Positions 51,366 to 62,920 of a DNA stretch of 64,000 nucleotides are shown here, in pieces (the first letter of the stretch is position 1; the number at the start of each line of letters is the position of its first letter). Source of the DNA: Selaginella moellendorffii (taxonomy: Eukaryota; Plantae; Lycopodiophyta). The translations under genes were made by a program, and so were the position numbers. The notes below the pieces were generated by a model that saw nothing but the letters and a program-made list of their open reading frames with translations, searched no databases and was not told the origin of the DNA. Location of the stretch: positions 5,234,360 through 5,298,359 of the forward strand of contig NW_003314261.1 in NCBI RefSeq assembly GCF_000143415.4, in the 5' to 3' direction.

Positions 51366-52732
51366 TCAAGGCTCATCAATCTCAAATTCTGTGTCAAATA
51401 AAAACCACAACTTTCGGAGTCAAATTCACGTATTCCAGAATGAATCTTACCTTCGATGGGATGAGTTGTCATCCAATCCTTCCAAAGAGTCGTCAGACCA
51501 GTCTCGACACACGCCACATAAACGGCTGCTTTCCGGCGCTCAAGGGCAGCACCGAGCGCTGAGGACATCAAACAGTTACAGTTAAGTTAAAACTGCCAAG
51601 AAGAAGGGAGGCCGGAAACCAAACCTTTCGCGAAGTCAGGATCCCTGCTGACCACCTCGTTGCAGAAGTCACGGATGCTAATCATATCGAACTTCCTCTG
51701 CCCATTGTTCTTCTTGGACCGAGTATCGCGAGCCGGGATCTCCTCGAATTCCACCACAATTCCGCCAAGATTTCCCCGGCTATCAAGTACTGGAGCACCA
51801 ACCTCCACCATCTCGAACGGAAGCATCACCATGCGGTAAGGCTCGCACTCCCCACTGCTAAGGCTTCGATCCTCAAGGAAGATGCCCGACACGCACTTGA
51901 TGTCCCCGGACTCTGGGTCGCGCTTCCAGCTATAGGGACTACCCGACTTGCAGATCCAGCCATCCCAGTTGATGCAATAGTTGAAGCTGACGCCAGGTTC
52001 GATCGGCGTCAGGACAGCGATCGGATCCTTGAAAGACACCATGCACTCGTACTGCAGTGCTGGATCCGAGAACACCAGGATGTACCTGCCAGAGGTGGAG
52101 CTACAGTCGCAGCAAGCGGCGGCGGTGAAGCAAGATCCATCGGGTTTCACCAAGGCGGCCATCCCCCTGTAGTTGTCGTCGCTCGGCTCGTCATCGCCCT
52201 CCACAAAGTGCAAGCGCGCCACCATCTTGGAGACCCTGGACTGCAGCAGTTCGCGAGCTTGCTCTGGCCTCAAGCGCCTAAACGGGCCCCCGCCCTCGAG
52301 CTCCTTGACGTACGACCACAGGTTTTCGACACTGCTGTGGAATGCCTTGAGCTGCCTCGACTCTGCGGTCTCTCTCCTTTGCTTCTTCCTTGCCACCAGA
52401 TCCTCCTCGTCTCGCTGCCGGATGAGATCCTGGACGGCGGGGTGATCGCAAGCCGAGCACGCATTCCTGGTGGCAGAGCAGCGGCGGCCAGTGACGAGGA
52501 GTGCTTGGTCGTAGCTGCTACCATCGCCCAACTCGGGGAGCAAGGCTACCATGGCGTCAAGAGAGAGCACCGAGTTGCCGTCGGCGTCTGGGACTAGAGC
52601 GCAGTCGCCGATGCGGAGGGAGTCCGGGTCCAGGCCCCAGTGACGAGCGATGGAGCTCACCATCATCTTGGCGCCGTCCTGGAGTGGGAAGCACAGCGCC
52701 TCGTCCCCCCGCTTCACCCACACCACCGCCAT
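51366..52732 (-). CDS. Orphan family B copy 2; introns 51559-51624, 51389-51450
   Basis: Intact ORF paralogous to 48842-50206 with the same splice sites; ends ...THPIEEFEIDEP*. Confidence 0.75.
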
Positions 52733-52829
52733 AGCTCCGCTTTGACCTAATACGGTACAAAAATTAAAGTTTCTTAACAAAGTGTGCCGTTAATTAACCA
52801 CAAATCAGTTTGGCGTGTTGTCTCAATTT

Positions 52830-54330
52830 TGCGTCGATCAAGGCCAAACTGACACTCAGGTGGTGCATTTCCCATTGCTTTCCACTCGCAAGCGGTCCTC
52901 CACTGGTGGCTCCGCTAAAACTCTTGATCCCATCCAGGATCTTCTTTATAGCCTGAAACGCGCGAACAAACCAGAGAAAGATAAAACACCAAACCAACGG
53001 GACTCTACTGACCTTGGTTTCCTTTGCTAAATGCGAGCCTCACGTACGGGTTCGTGTGATGCTTGCTTTCCAAGTCTTCGACACCATGGACAGGCAAACC
53101 ATATCCTTCGGGAGCTTTATAAGCTTCGATTGAAGCGTCTTGATCCTCCTTGGACACTTTGTGGGTCACGAGGCTTCGATCATTGGGCAATCAGTCTTGT
53201 TGATCTGCAAGCCAATTTAAGTTCGCTACTGTGCTTATAGAACCACGTACCTTTTCAAACATAACAGCCTGTGAAAGGTTTCGTTCTTCTTGTTGATTTT
53301 CGCGGTCGTTTTCTTCTTGGCAAACACGAACCGGGTCAGTCATTTTTCTTGAGGCCAGTCGCCCTGACAACCTTCACTTCCAGCATTCCAACACCGCGCT
53401 GAGAGGCATTCATGAGTATGCTTATGACTTCCACGAGTTAAGTCTTACCTCGGATTGTCTATGACGTTGATGTCCATTGTTCTGGGCCACAAGTACAGCT
53501 GTGCCAGTATAAAGGGCCATACAAACCTGGACAAACGCATAAAGCCCTGGAATTGCCATTAAGTCGCCAGAAGTTTCAAACCAAAATCCACATGAATGAT
53601 AGGCTATGTCAAAAGAGGAAGCAAACCTTTCCATTATAGACACCATGATCTTGCAAAAGCATGGAAATTAAGTTCGTCAGAATGCTTGTAGTAGAGCCAC
53701 GTACCTTTTTCCAGTCAGAACATGAAAGGTTTCGTTCCATTCTGGATTGAGACTGTTCAATTTCACGGTCGTTTTCTTCTTGGCCAGACAAGACTTCCCC
53801 ATGAGGTCTTTCTTCTTGAGGCCCATCGCCCTGACAACCTTGACTTCCAGCATTCCAACAGGCTTCTTTACCGCTCTGAGAGGTATTTATATGTCTTGCA
53901 CGAGTTATGTCTCTATGACGTTGATTTCTGGGCCACAAGTACATTTGTGAAACTTTATCCTTGATCAGGTTGTGCGAAATCCTTGTCAGTAAAAACGTAA
54001 AGATCTTTTGTTGCAAACCTGGACAAACGCATAATCCCATTTAAGTCGCCAGCCACCGAGAAGTTTCGTGAGGATGGCAGGATGCTTGCAATGCAAGTCT
54101 ACAACATAAAGAGAGAATGATGGAAGAGATAAACAAAAAGGCGAAACTACTAACCTGGACAGTCGCTCCGCAACCAAACGCCTTGACAGCAACAAGAACT
54201 CTTTGGCACATTTCGGAGACAGCTCGCGTCTCCTTCTCACATCCTTGATGCCTGCCAAAAAAAGTCGTCAAAAACAGAGTACAAGAAAAAAGATAAAAAC
54301 ATTAGCTACACAGTGTCAAGGCCTTCGCCG
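52830..54330 (-). pseudogene. Synaptotagmin pseudogene (SMP-C2A-C2B remnants, internally duplicated)
   Basis: VAVKAFG, DLMAIPGLYAFVQ, IKDKVSQMYLWP, KAPEG, VHGVEDLESKHHTNPYVRL, DPGWDQEF. Many frameshifts. Confidence 0.8.
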
Positions 54331-54711
54331 CGGATTCATCGATACATGGTTTGGCAGTGTCACGAATGAAGCCTGCATTTGCAAGTAAGGCATAGAAAAA
54401 TGCGACCATGATCCCAGGAAAGGAATCACGGAAAGATTGGGACTTGAGGAAATCTCTGGCACAGCGACTTCATATGAAGCTCCTGCAAGGTCGGATTGTG
54501 CCAAGCGATCAGCGCATGAGAATACTCTAGCTACATTCCTGGCGAGAATCCCTACCTTGACATCCACGGGCGTGAAATGGAAGTAGGCGATCCCGACAAC
54601 CCAGCACGGTGCTGATCAGCCCCATCGCCGCGCGTAAATCACCTCTCCATAAAAAACCATTTCTTGTTCTATAAACCCTTAAACCCTAGCAACGGCCTTC
54701 AGCAAGCAACG

Positions 54712-55923
54712 ATGGCTTTGGAAGTCGCGGAGGTGGGCTTTGGAGCTGCGCGAGAAGTGCTCGGGCGCTTGTACGTCGACGACAGCTCCGGCGACAGCTC
54801 CGGCGACAGCTCCGACAACAGCTCCGGCGACAGCTCCGACAACAGCTCCGTCTCGCTCTCGTCTGTCAATACCATAGCCACCGTGGTTATGGTCTGGAAA
54901 AGGTGAAAGCTTTGTGCCTTTGTGCTAGAAAACTCTCTCCTCTTGTCGCTCTCGATGCAGCCACGGCATTGTGTCCCTCGCGCCGCTCAAAAACTACGAC
55001 CTTGGTGGCCTGGACTGGCTGGTTCTCTTCCCCACTCGGGGCGAGAAGAGGGCCGCGTCTTTCATGGCCGTGGACCATGAGCGCGACATAGCGATGCTCA
55101 AAATCGAGGGCGGGGCGTTACCTTTTCTCCGTTCAAGCAAGGAGCGCCTGTCACTAGGCCGCCAGTTTCATTTTCTTGGCTACGTTGAAGACGTGGACAA
55201 GGCTTCTTACAAAAAAGGGGATGGCAAAGACGAAACCAACCAGATCCCATCTTTCCAGGATCAAGTGACGGTGGCAACTACTTTACCGGGAGGCTTCTAT
55301 GCAGGTGTTTTGTTCTTGCCATTTCAGCCCCGTTTTGACATTTTTTTCTTTCAGGAGCTTATGCTAGCGATGATCGCGGGGGTGCGATCTTTTCGATCGC
55401 ACCCCTCGAGCTGGTGGGGATCCATGTCAAGAGACTTGGGATGTTTTCCAAGTTCATCCCTGCTCGTGATGCACTTACAGTTTGTGCGCTGATCATTAAA
55501 AGGAATGCAGAAGAAGGAAACAGCGACAGCCAAGGAGGAGGCGGTGGCAGCACCGGTGGTGGCGGAAGAGCTGGCGGCAGCGGCAGCGGAGGAGACGACC
55601 AGGGAGGAGGCGGAAGAGCTGGCGGCAGTGGTGGAAGAGCTGGCAGCAGGGACAGTGGAAGAGGAGGAGGCGCTAGCACCAGCGGTGGTAGAGCTGGTGG
55701 CGGAAGAGCTCGCAGCAGCGGAGGAGGCGCTGGCACCAGCGGTAGTAGAGCTGGAAGAGCTCGCGGCAGCGGAGGAGGCGCTGGCACCAGCGGTGGTAGA
55801 GCTGGTGGCAATGGCGGAAGAGGTCGCGGCAGCGGCAGTGGAGGAGGCGACCAAGGTGGCACCAGCGGTGGCAGCCGCCAAAGCGACAAAGTCAAAGGCA
55901 AAGCTATCAAAGAGGTGTGTTAA
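54712..55923 (+). CDS. Orphan family A copy 2: trypsin-like fold (predicted inactive) + long Gly/Arg/Ser repeat tail; 2 introns
   Basis: TATA (54670) and telo-box (AAACCCTA, 54681) upstream. ASFMAVDHERDIAMLKIEGGALPFLRSSKERLSLGRQFHFLGY...SDDRGGAIF...LVGIH. Intact GT-AG introns at ~54903-54960 and ~55305-55354. Confidence 0.7.
54778..54850 (+). repeat. 12-nt in-frame tandem repeat (GACAGCTCCGGC; DSSG/NSSG units)
   Basis: About six copies; absent from the paralogue at 47573. Confidence 0.85.
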
Positions 55924-56054
55924 GGAAAGCAAACTCTGTCTTTTTCTTTTACAAACTTGCCAAAACACAAAGCTAGATTTTCTCCACTGCTCACCCTGCA
56001 TCGCTGCGATGCCGATGGTGATACCCAGGCCGAGTCCAGGCCCCAGCTTGAAAC

Positions 56055-57760
56055 TTAGCAAAGGAGTGCGATTGTCTCGGAGTCCACACGAATCATCGCT
56101 GCTTGTGCCTGTATAATCACATTTGGTAAGCAAACCACTCGTGAGAGTGTCCACCTGCTTTGCCCAGTTTGTGGAGAGGGCTATTACAGACAGAACTGCA
56201 GCTTGTGTTGACACTCCTGAGAGAACTCCAATCAGAAGTCCCTGTGTAATGCAACAGACATCAATCCCAAGGCCAAAGATTGAGCTACCTTCCCACCGAG
56301 ACCAACGACAAATGCTAGGATACACCCTACAGGCAAACCAACAACGTAAAAGGCTCCCAAGTTTGCAATTGTTGCAAGCATCTGCCAACCACACCCTCTA
56401 GCAGAACCTTGCAAAACAATTGTTTAGCTAGAAACATAAAACAGAAGAAAAGAAAAGTTCGAGTTACCCGATACAACTCCGGCAAATGCATCCATGACGG
56501 TCATTGCAGCAAGAATTGGAATCATTCGCGAAACATGGCCAACCACTTCTGCCTCATTGCTGAAAGCCCGGCCAAGAACGTCACGGAGGCAAAACAGGAG
56601 GGTTGACACGAACACTGCGTCAATGACAGTCAGGCCGAAAGAAACGCCCTGCGAGAGCCGAGCTTCAAATGGATGCCCGGCACCGAGCTCGTTGGAAATC
56701 CGAGTACTGCAGAGATCGAAAGGTTGCCAAAGAGAGTAACTGAGAAAATCGCTGAATACCTTTCTGCTGCACTGATACCATAAGGAACCATGTAGCAGAA
56801 GTTGATGATGTTTAGCCTGGAAAAGGAAAGTGAGCTTACAGGAAGGAAAAGATTTTTACTGACATGATGGAGAACACGGACGTCTCAAGCTTGGGATTGG
56901 GAAGAACGCCTGAGAGCAAAACGAGGGACTCAAACGACCACCACTCCAAGCTGGGAACAATGCAGAGTTCAACGAATAAAAGAAACAAAAAAATACTTAC
57001 CAGAACATGAGCGTAGAAGGCACTGCCAATTCAAAAAGTCGAAAACATGCTCGAAAACCTCCATGGATAACTCTGGCAAACACTTGAGCAGCGCCACTCC
57101 GGCGAGGAAGAAGACGTTGATCCAGTTGGAAACACTCGTCGCCAGTGCTGCTCCAGCGTTTCCCATCCCAACCTTGTATATGAGCACCCAGCAGATCGAA
57201 AAGTGGACCACCAAAGTCACCGACGAGCACAAGAACATCAGAAGCACGAAGCTCCACGCTTGGAGAAACTTGATGAGTGGCTGGAGGAAGCAAAATGCGA
57301 AGAGCCCCTGGACGAGCCATCGCGCGTATATTCCAGCGCTGGACGATATATCTGGAGCCTGATGGAGCACGAGGAGGATGTTGAGCCATAGCACTGCCAC
57401 TGGAATAGCGACGGCGAGAAGAACCAGCACTGCTCGATACAAGTAGAGGCCGACCTTGTGGTACTCAACGCCTGGCCGCACAGGGTCTCAAGGCTGGTGG
57501 CAACAAAGAGACCACGATCCGGATGCTTTACTGCTCAATTCTGCGTCGAAATCTTGCGTCAGGGACTCACCAAGAGACTGTAGCCGGTGACCGTGCACAG
57601 CGATGTCGCGATGGAGGCGCTGGAGAGCTGGAGCTCGCCGAGATGGCCGACGAGCATAACGGACGTGATCTGGATGGCGAACTGCATGAGCTTGACGCCC
57701 ATCATCGGCAGCGCAAGCCGCATTTGCTGCAGCGCCTCGAGGCGCCATCGCCTCCTCAAG
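56055..57760 (-). pseudogene. MATE transporter pseudogene (inverted copy of 43558-45313)
   Basis: High identity to the intact gene, but the ATG is deleted, the intron-1 acceptor is deleted, there are several small deletions, and a frameshift near 57030. Confidence 0.88.
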
Positions 57761-58239
57761 AACCTTAATTCCCGGGTCAATAAAAAGATTCGATGCCGCA
57801 TATTCTAGTATAAAATAAAACTGTAAGTAAAGCGTTTGTAGCTCAGAGCAGGTCGCCATTGTTTCTTGATTTGAATTTGTGCCCTAAAACAAGGATCAAT
57901 TAAAGCGATTTGAAAGTTTGGTAGATACGAAAGAGATTGAGTGAGACGGGCAGGGAGCTTGTGCTGCCAATAACACAAAAGGAGCAAATCTGTTGATAAG
58001 AGTCTAAAGTTTGAAGCACTGCCAACTTTTTGGAACTCCAATCCAATGTCCTGTAAGTTTGTAAAGGATTTCTCCATTATCACTGTTGTTTTGTTAGATG
58101 CCATTGGGAAAGTCATGTCTTTTTGTTGTTGTAAGAGCTTTAGCTCGTAGGCTTTTTGGGTGAAATTGATTAATAAATCTAAGTGTAGCAAGGGATTTTG
58201 GACTGGAATCTCCTTTACCTATTCTTCAGAGCTGTTAGT

Positions 58240-58520
58240 GTAGTATTTTTATGGAATATAGAGGTAAAAAGAGCAATAATGGATCATTTAATGAAGTATG
58301 TATGGTTGTTAGCTCTCTAGAGGATTGTTATTGCTAGAAAAGATTTTTCATAATTTTGATTTACCGAAGGACATTGTTAGTAATTGAGATTCAAAATTCA
58401 CTAGTGGATTTTAAAAAAACTTTGCAAAAGCTATACAAATGACTTTGAAACTCTCAAGTGGAAATCATCCTCAAATAGATGGGTAAATCAAGTGTGAATT
58501 ATGTGGTGGAGACAAAGAAA
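58240..58520 (+). mobile_element. Decayed gypsy integrase remnant
   Basis: LPKDIVSN*DSKFTSGF...LKLSSGNHPQIDG corresponds to the integrase core (IVSDRD.kFts...HPQTDG). Confidence 0.6.
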
Positions 58521-59097
58521 CATCCACCTAAATTGACCCATGACCTTAACACATATTTTATAAATAGAAAATTTCATTAGAACTGGTGCTTTTGTGAAAT
58601 AAAAGCTAGTATTGATCTACTAGAGCATATTCTTCTCTGTCACTAGCAAAGAAAGCATATGCTCTCAAGCTAAGAAAAGTTCCCTTTGATCTTTATGGCA
58701 GCTTCCAACGGCACTTCTAAGAAGAGATGTGCATGCCTGGCACCAGCCCTAGGATAAGGATATGTCACACAATAATGAGATTTGTATAGTGTGTTAATTG
58801 CTATGTGGCATTTCCTTTTTCCCATTTAGATTCTAGGGAATATCCAGGAATCCTCTAGGAATATTCAATTTCATGGATTTCACATGTAAAATATTCTTCC
58901 AGACCAACCCTTGTTGTATAAAAAAGTTTTTATCAATTGGAATTAAAAGAAGGTTATGTTGTTTTTGCTATTAAATTCTAATGCCCTAATATAACAAGTA
59001 AGCTGATGAATTTGAGAAATTCTAGACTCTGGTCACAAAACTCAAACACAAATGAATTGCTATAGATGGTCATATAATGGACCATAAATAGTCCTAA

Positions 59098-59448
59098 CGT
59101 AATGACCCAAAATGGAGGAGCCCAACAGCACTTTGTGTTTTCACCCTAGTCTAAAGAGTTGGTCTTTGGGATAATTTTGAAAAACTTGCGTTTAAAAGTT
59201 TAGTAAAATTTCTATCTATCTAGACAATTTTTATAAATAATTAATAGGACCAAAATGAGACTAACACATGGTGTGAGTGCATGGAATATGGAAAGGGAAT
59301 ATAGAAAATATACATATTAATTAGCTTAAAAACCCTATTTTATATACAAGAGCGAGTAGTCTAGATTGAAACAAATCTAACAGCTACCAAAATCCCACTA
59401 TGCTAATATTAATATATGGCATCATAGCTGTACACTTGGAACCTTACA
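59098..59448 (-). mobile_element. 3' LTR (family A-related) of the decayed gypsy element
   Basis: Minus-strand PPT GAGAGGAAGGGATGA before TGTAAGG. Shares GACCAAAATGAGACTAACACA with the A LTRs. Left end is approximate. Confidence 0.5.
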
Positions 59449-59559
59449 TCATCCCTTCCTCTCAGAATAATAGAAAACCATCAGGGTTCTTTTGTAGATG
59501 GGCTGGGATTTGGTGGAACATTAGGAGGAGGCATCGGTGGATCTGTAGGTGGTATCAAT

Positions 59560-62500
59560 TGTTCTTAATCCTTTTGTACAAAGTGTTTCAACCACTACAC
59601 ATGCACAATTTTTGGAGGATTGGCTTGTTGGATGTTATGTTGAACCTCATAAACTTGTGGTCCAACTTGCCGTAACACTTAATATAGTCCTTTCCACTAA
59701 GAAAGGAGCCCCCTTAGGTACCATAAGATAGGGAAAACGGACTAACACTAAATTATCCATTTTGTACTCTGTAGGTGGATGATGATGGGAGTTGTAGTGC
59801 TATTGTTATCCCATTTGTATGTGGTTTAGGTGTTTGGTAGACTCTATTTGGACAAGTGGAAGAATGCTCGTCAAATATTGATCCCACGATTTAGCATCAG
59901 CAGATCGTGGCAATGTGAGACACAAAATCCCTAGGCCCCAAAGTGGAGCCGGAAAGGGTGCCACGTGGTAGTGGCCGAAGCAAAAGCCAAACAAGCATAA
60001 CACGTTTGGACTAAAAGCTCCAACTTGGAAGGTCGAGAGCGGGAGTGGAACTCTCAACAAAGTGCTCGAGGAGCGAGCACGAGGCAACCAATAAGCAAGG
60101 CTCCAAAAGGGGACCCAAAAAGGACCAACACATGACACATGGAAGTGTCCGAGATGGAGTTTGAGGTGGACCCGAGTTGGAGTCCGAGATGGACCTGAAG
60201 TGGAGTCCGAGATGGAGTCTGATATGGAGTCCAAGATGGAGTCCGAGATGGACCCGAGATGGAGTCTGATATGGAGTCCGAGATGGAGTCCGAGATGGAT
60301 CCGAGATGGAGTCCGAGATGGACCGAGATGGAGTCCGAGATGGACCCGAGATGGAGTCCGAGATGGACCCCAGATGGAGTCCGAGATGGACCTGAGATGA
60401 AGTCCGAGATGGACCCGAGATGGAGTCCGAGATGGAACCAAGACCGGGACTGAGACCAAGACCGAGATCGAGACCGAGTCCGAGTTTGAGTCCGAATCCG
60501 GGACCGAGACCGAGTCCGAGTCCGAGTCCGGATACCAAGACAGGGAGCCGGGACCGAGACCAAGGCCAAGGCCAAGACCGAGCCCGAGTCCGAGTCCGAG
60601 TCTGAGTCCGAGTCCGAGTCCGAGTCCGAGTCCGAGTCCGAGTTCAAGTTCAAGTCTAAGAGGGTGAAAGCCCAAAGCGTTCGTCTCCCAGACCCTTGGG
60701 GGTCGGGGGGGTTCCAAAAGTATAGTAGGGAGAGTGTGGGGGTTGGAGCCTAGTGGAGCCAGTTTGGCCAGGAAAGGCCAGTTTGGCCCAAGAAGGCCAG
60801 ACCCAGTGTTGAGTGATGAGCTGCCCACTGGGAAGTCCAAGACTAGAGTGAACACGGACCAACAAGTGGGGTAGCTTGGTGAAGTGTTCAAGAGCCGGCT
60901 CTAGTTCCCCCGGGAGATCGACTGGCCGATGCTCCTAGTCCAAGTGTGGGTGGCACTACCTACTTGGATACCAGGCGTGGCTCAACGGAACCTCGCTCTA
61001 AGCCCATGGCTAGAGCACCCAAGGGTGGAAGGAGGGGAGAGTACCTAGGTGGCTCGCGTAAGGCCACGGTGTTCCGAAATGTTGTCCCAAAGGCCCAGAC
61101 TGTGGAAAGGAAGAGGAGCAGTCCTCTGGGGTAGTGACCAAGGACACAGTCATGTGGTGAGGAAGTCCCAGAGGACCGTGGGACTTAGTGGTCGGGCCTG
61201 TGGGCCTTGATCCAGTGGTAGTGTTGGCAAACACGGCCAGGGGCAGAAAGGGACTTAATGGGGACTGACAGAGGGATATTGGGGAAGGCTATTCCCCTTG
61301 TCAGTGGGCATCCTAAGGATGCTAAGGAGTGGATCTGAGATGACCACTCACGGACAGTTTGCCTAGTCTTGGAGAGCCAAGACTGTGATGCAAGTGATAT
61401 TGGACTACCAGTGTGGCAAAGGTGATTGGGCATGGCCTTAGCGTAACAGGCTGCCATGTCGATGGTACCTTTGAGTGTCGGTCTTGGGATCGGACACGTG
61501 GAGCACTTGGACCAAGTGCAAATGTTGAGTGGCATGGATGCCATTCTCGGGGCTACCAAGTCCCAAGTCTTGAATTGGACTTATGGAGGTTGTGAATGAG
61601 ACTCCTCCAAGTGGTCGGAGGTGTGGTTAAGTGACTAAAGTAGAATGGAAAAATTAGTCGCTCACAGGCAATTGCGAAGGTAAACTAGGAGTTTATATAG
61701 TGAAGCACTAATAAAACTCTGCACCCCTGTAACATATGCATACTGAAGAGATGGCAAATAACCATCTCAATCCAAATGCTGAAAGCTTACGTATTTCGCG
61801 ATCATCTCTTTGAACTTCGAACGAGTTGTTTCACCAAACCGTCTGATTATAGATGATAAGCACTTGTGAAAGTGTGGTGTATCCCTAACCGAGATGTCAA
61901 AACATGAAATGCCTCAACTATAAATATGGGACTATTATCCAAAAGAATCTGCTCTGAACAAGAATGCTTGAACATCACTCGATTGAGGAGGAAATATCCA
62001 AAAGTAATTGTAAAGGCACTAGTAAGAGCACCAATTTCCACCCAACAAATCAAGTAGTCAGAAGCAATAATAACATACTCATTGCCAACAATTGATTGTG
62101 GAAAAGGTCCCATAAGATCAAACGCCACTAACTCAAATAGACGGGAAACTGTAATTGACTCCAACTGTCCTTTCGCAACACAAGGGGGAGTATTATGAGC
62201 TTGACACCAAATGCAGCTACGTACATGTTGGATAACATCACGTCCCATCTCCAGTCAATAGAAAGACCTGCGTAGTTACCTAGAACAGGAAAATCATAGT
62301 AGGCATGGAGAAACCATGGAATAAAGATTGAAGGCACCACTAGCTCTAAATGATCATCAAGATATGTCCCCACAAAATAAAGAAAGCCATATTCAAGGCA
62401 ATATCGTGAATGTAAATGCCTAAATGGCAAGTTATCAGTAAGTGATGCAAGATTCTCAAACCCTTCTCAAAGCCTTCGAATCCATGGCTCAATCTTTTGA

Positions 62501-62920
62501 GCCTCACAAACCTCATCAAAAGAAAGTAGATCTTTCTCTGTACCTTGTGGATACTGAATGTCAAGTATAGTAACCACCAATAGCACAAAATCCTCGTTTA
62601 AGAAATCCATAAATGCTGGAACAATAGGCTCTTCAGAAACATGATAAAAGAGTGAAGAAGGAAGAGGAGCCTGAGAAAGGGCATCAGCATCAGGCATAGA
62701 ACTCCCCGAGCAATGAATAATATCAAAATCATATATTTGAAGCTTCAAAGCCCACTGAGTAGTATAACCAATTAAGTTCTTCCGCTTCAAAATGAAGTAA
62801 CGGCAGCATAATCACCTTTTAGTAACATCCAAGAACCATGTAGATGTGCATGAAGGTTTTCGAAACCCCAAATTGTTGTTAAATACTCATTCTCTATCAT
62901 AGAGTAGTTCACCTCTGCTG
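59560..62920 (-). pseudogene. pol: Gypsy pol remnant (RNase H end, integrase, GPY/F tail), split by solo LTR
   Basis: AEVNYS..E.E, WALKLQIYDFDIIH...ADALS, HVRSCIWCQ, FELVAFDLMGPFP, FTSAYH, WKGLY.VLRQVGPQVYEV. Confidence 0.8.
59914..61666 (+). mobile_element. Solo LTR of family C
   Basis: TGTGAG...CTCACA with TSD GGCAA (59909-59913 and 61667-61671). Diverged copy of 10732-12505 including the repeat array. Confidence 0.93.

Larger units (their letters stand above)
42735..58212. repeat. Complex inverted segmental duplication
   Basis: 42735-45565 matches the reverse complement of ~55420-58212; 45570-46740 matches the reverse complement of ~52830-54200; 46770-48640 is a direct paralogue of ~53750-55920. 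Confidence 0.85.

Noticed and set aside
42735-58212. Single giant TIR transposon explaining the inverted arms
   Set aside because: No TSD or sharp termini could be identified, and the arms consist of host-gene sequence. Treated as a segmental duplication pending alignment.
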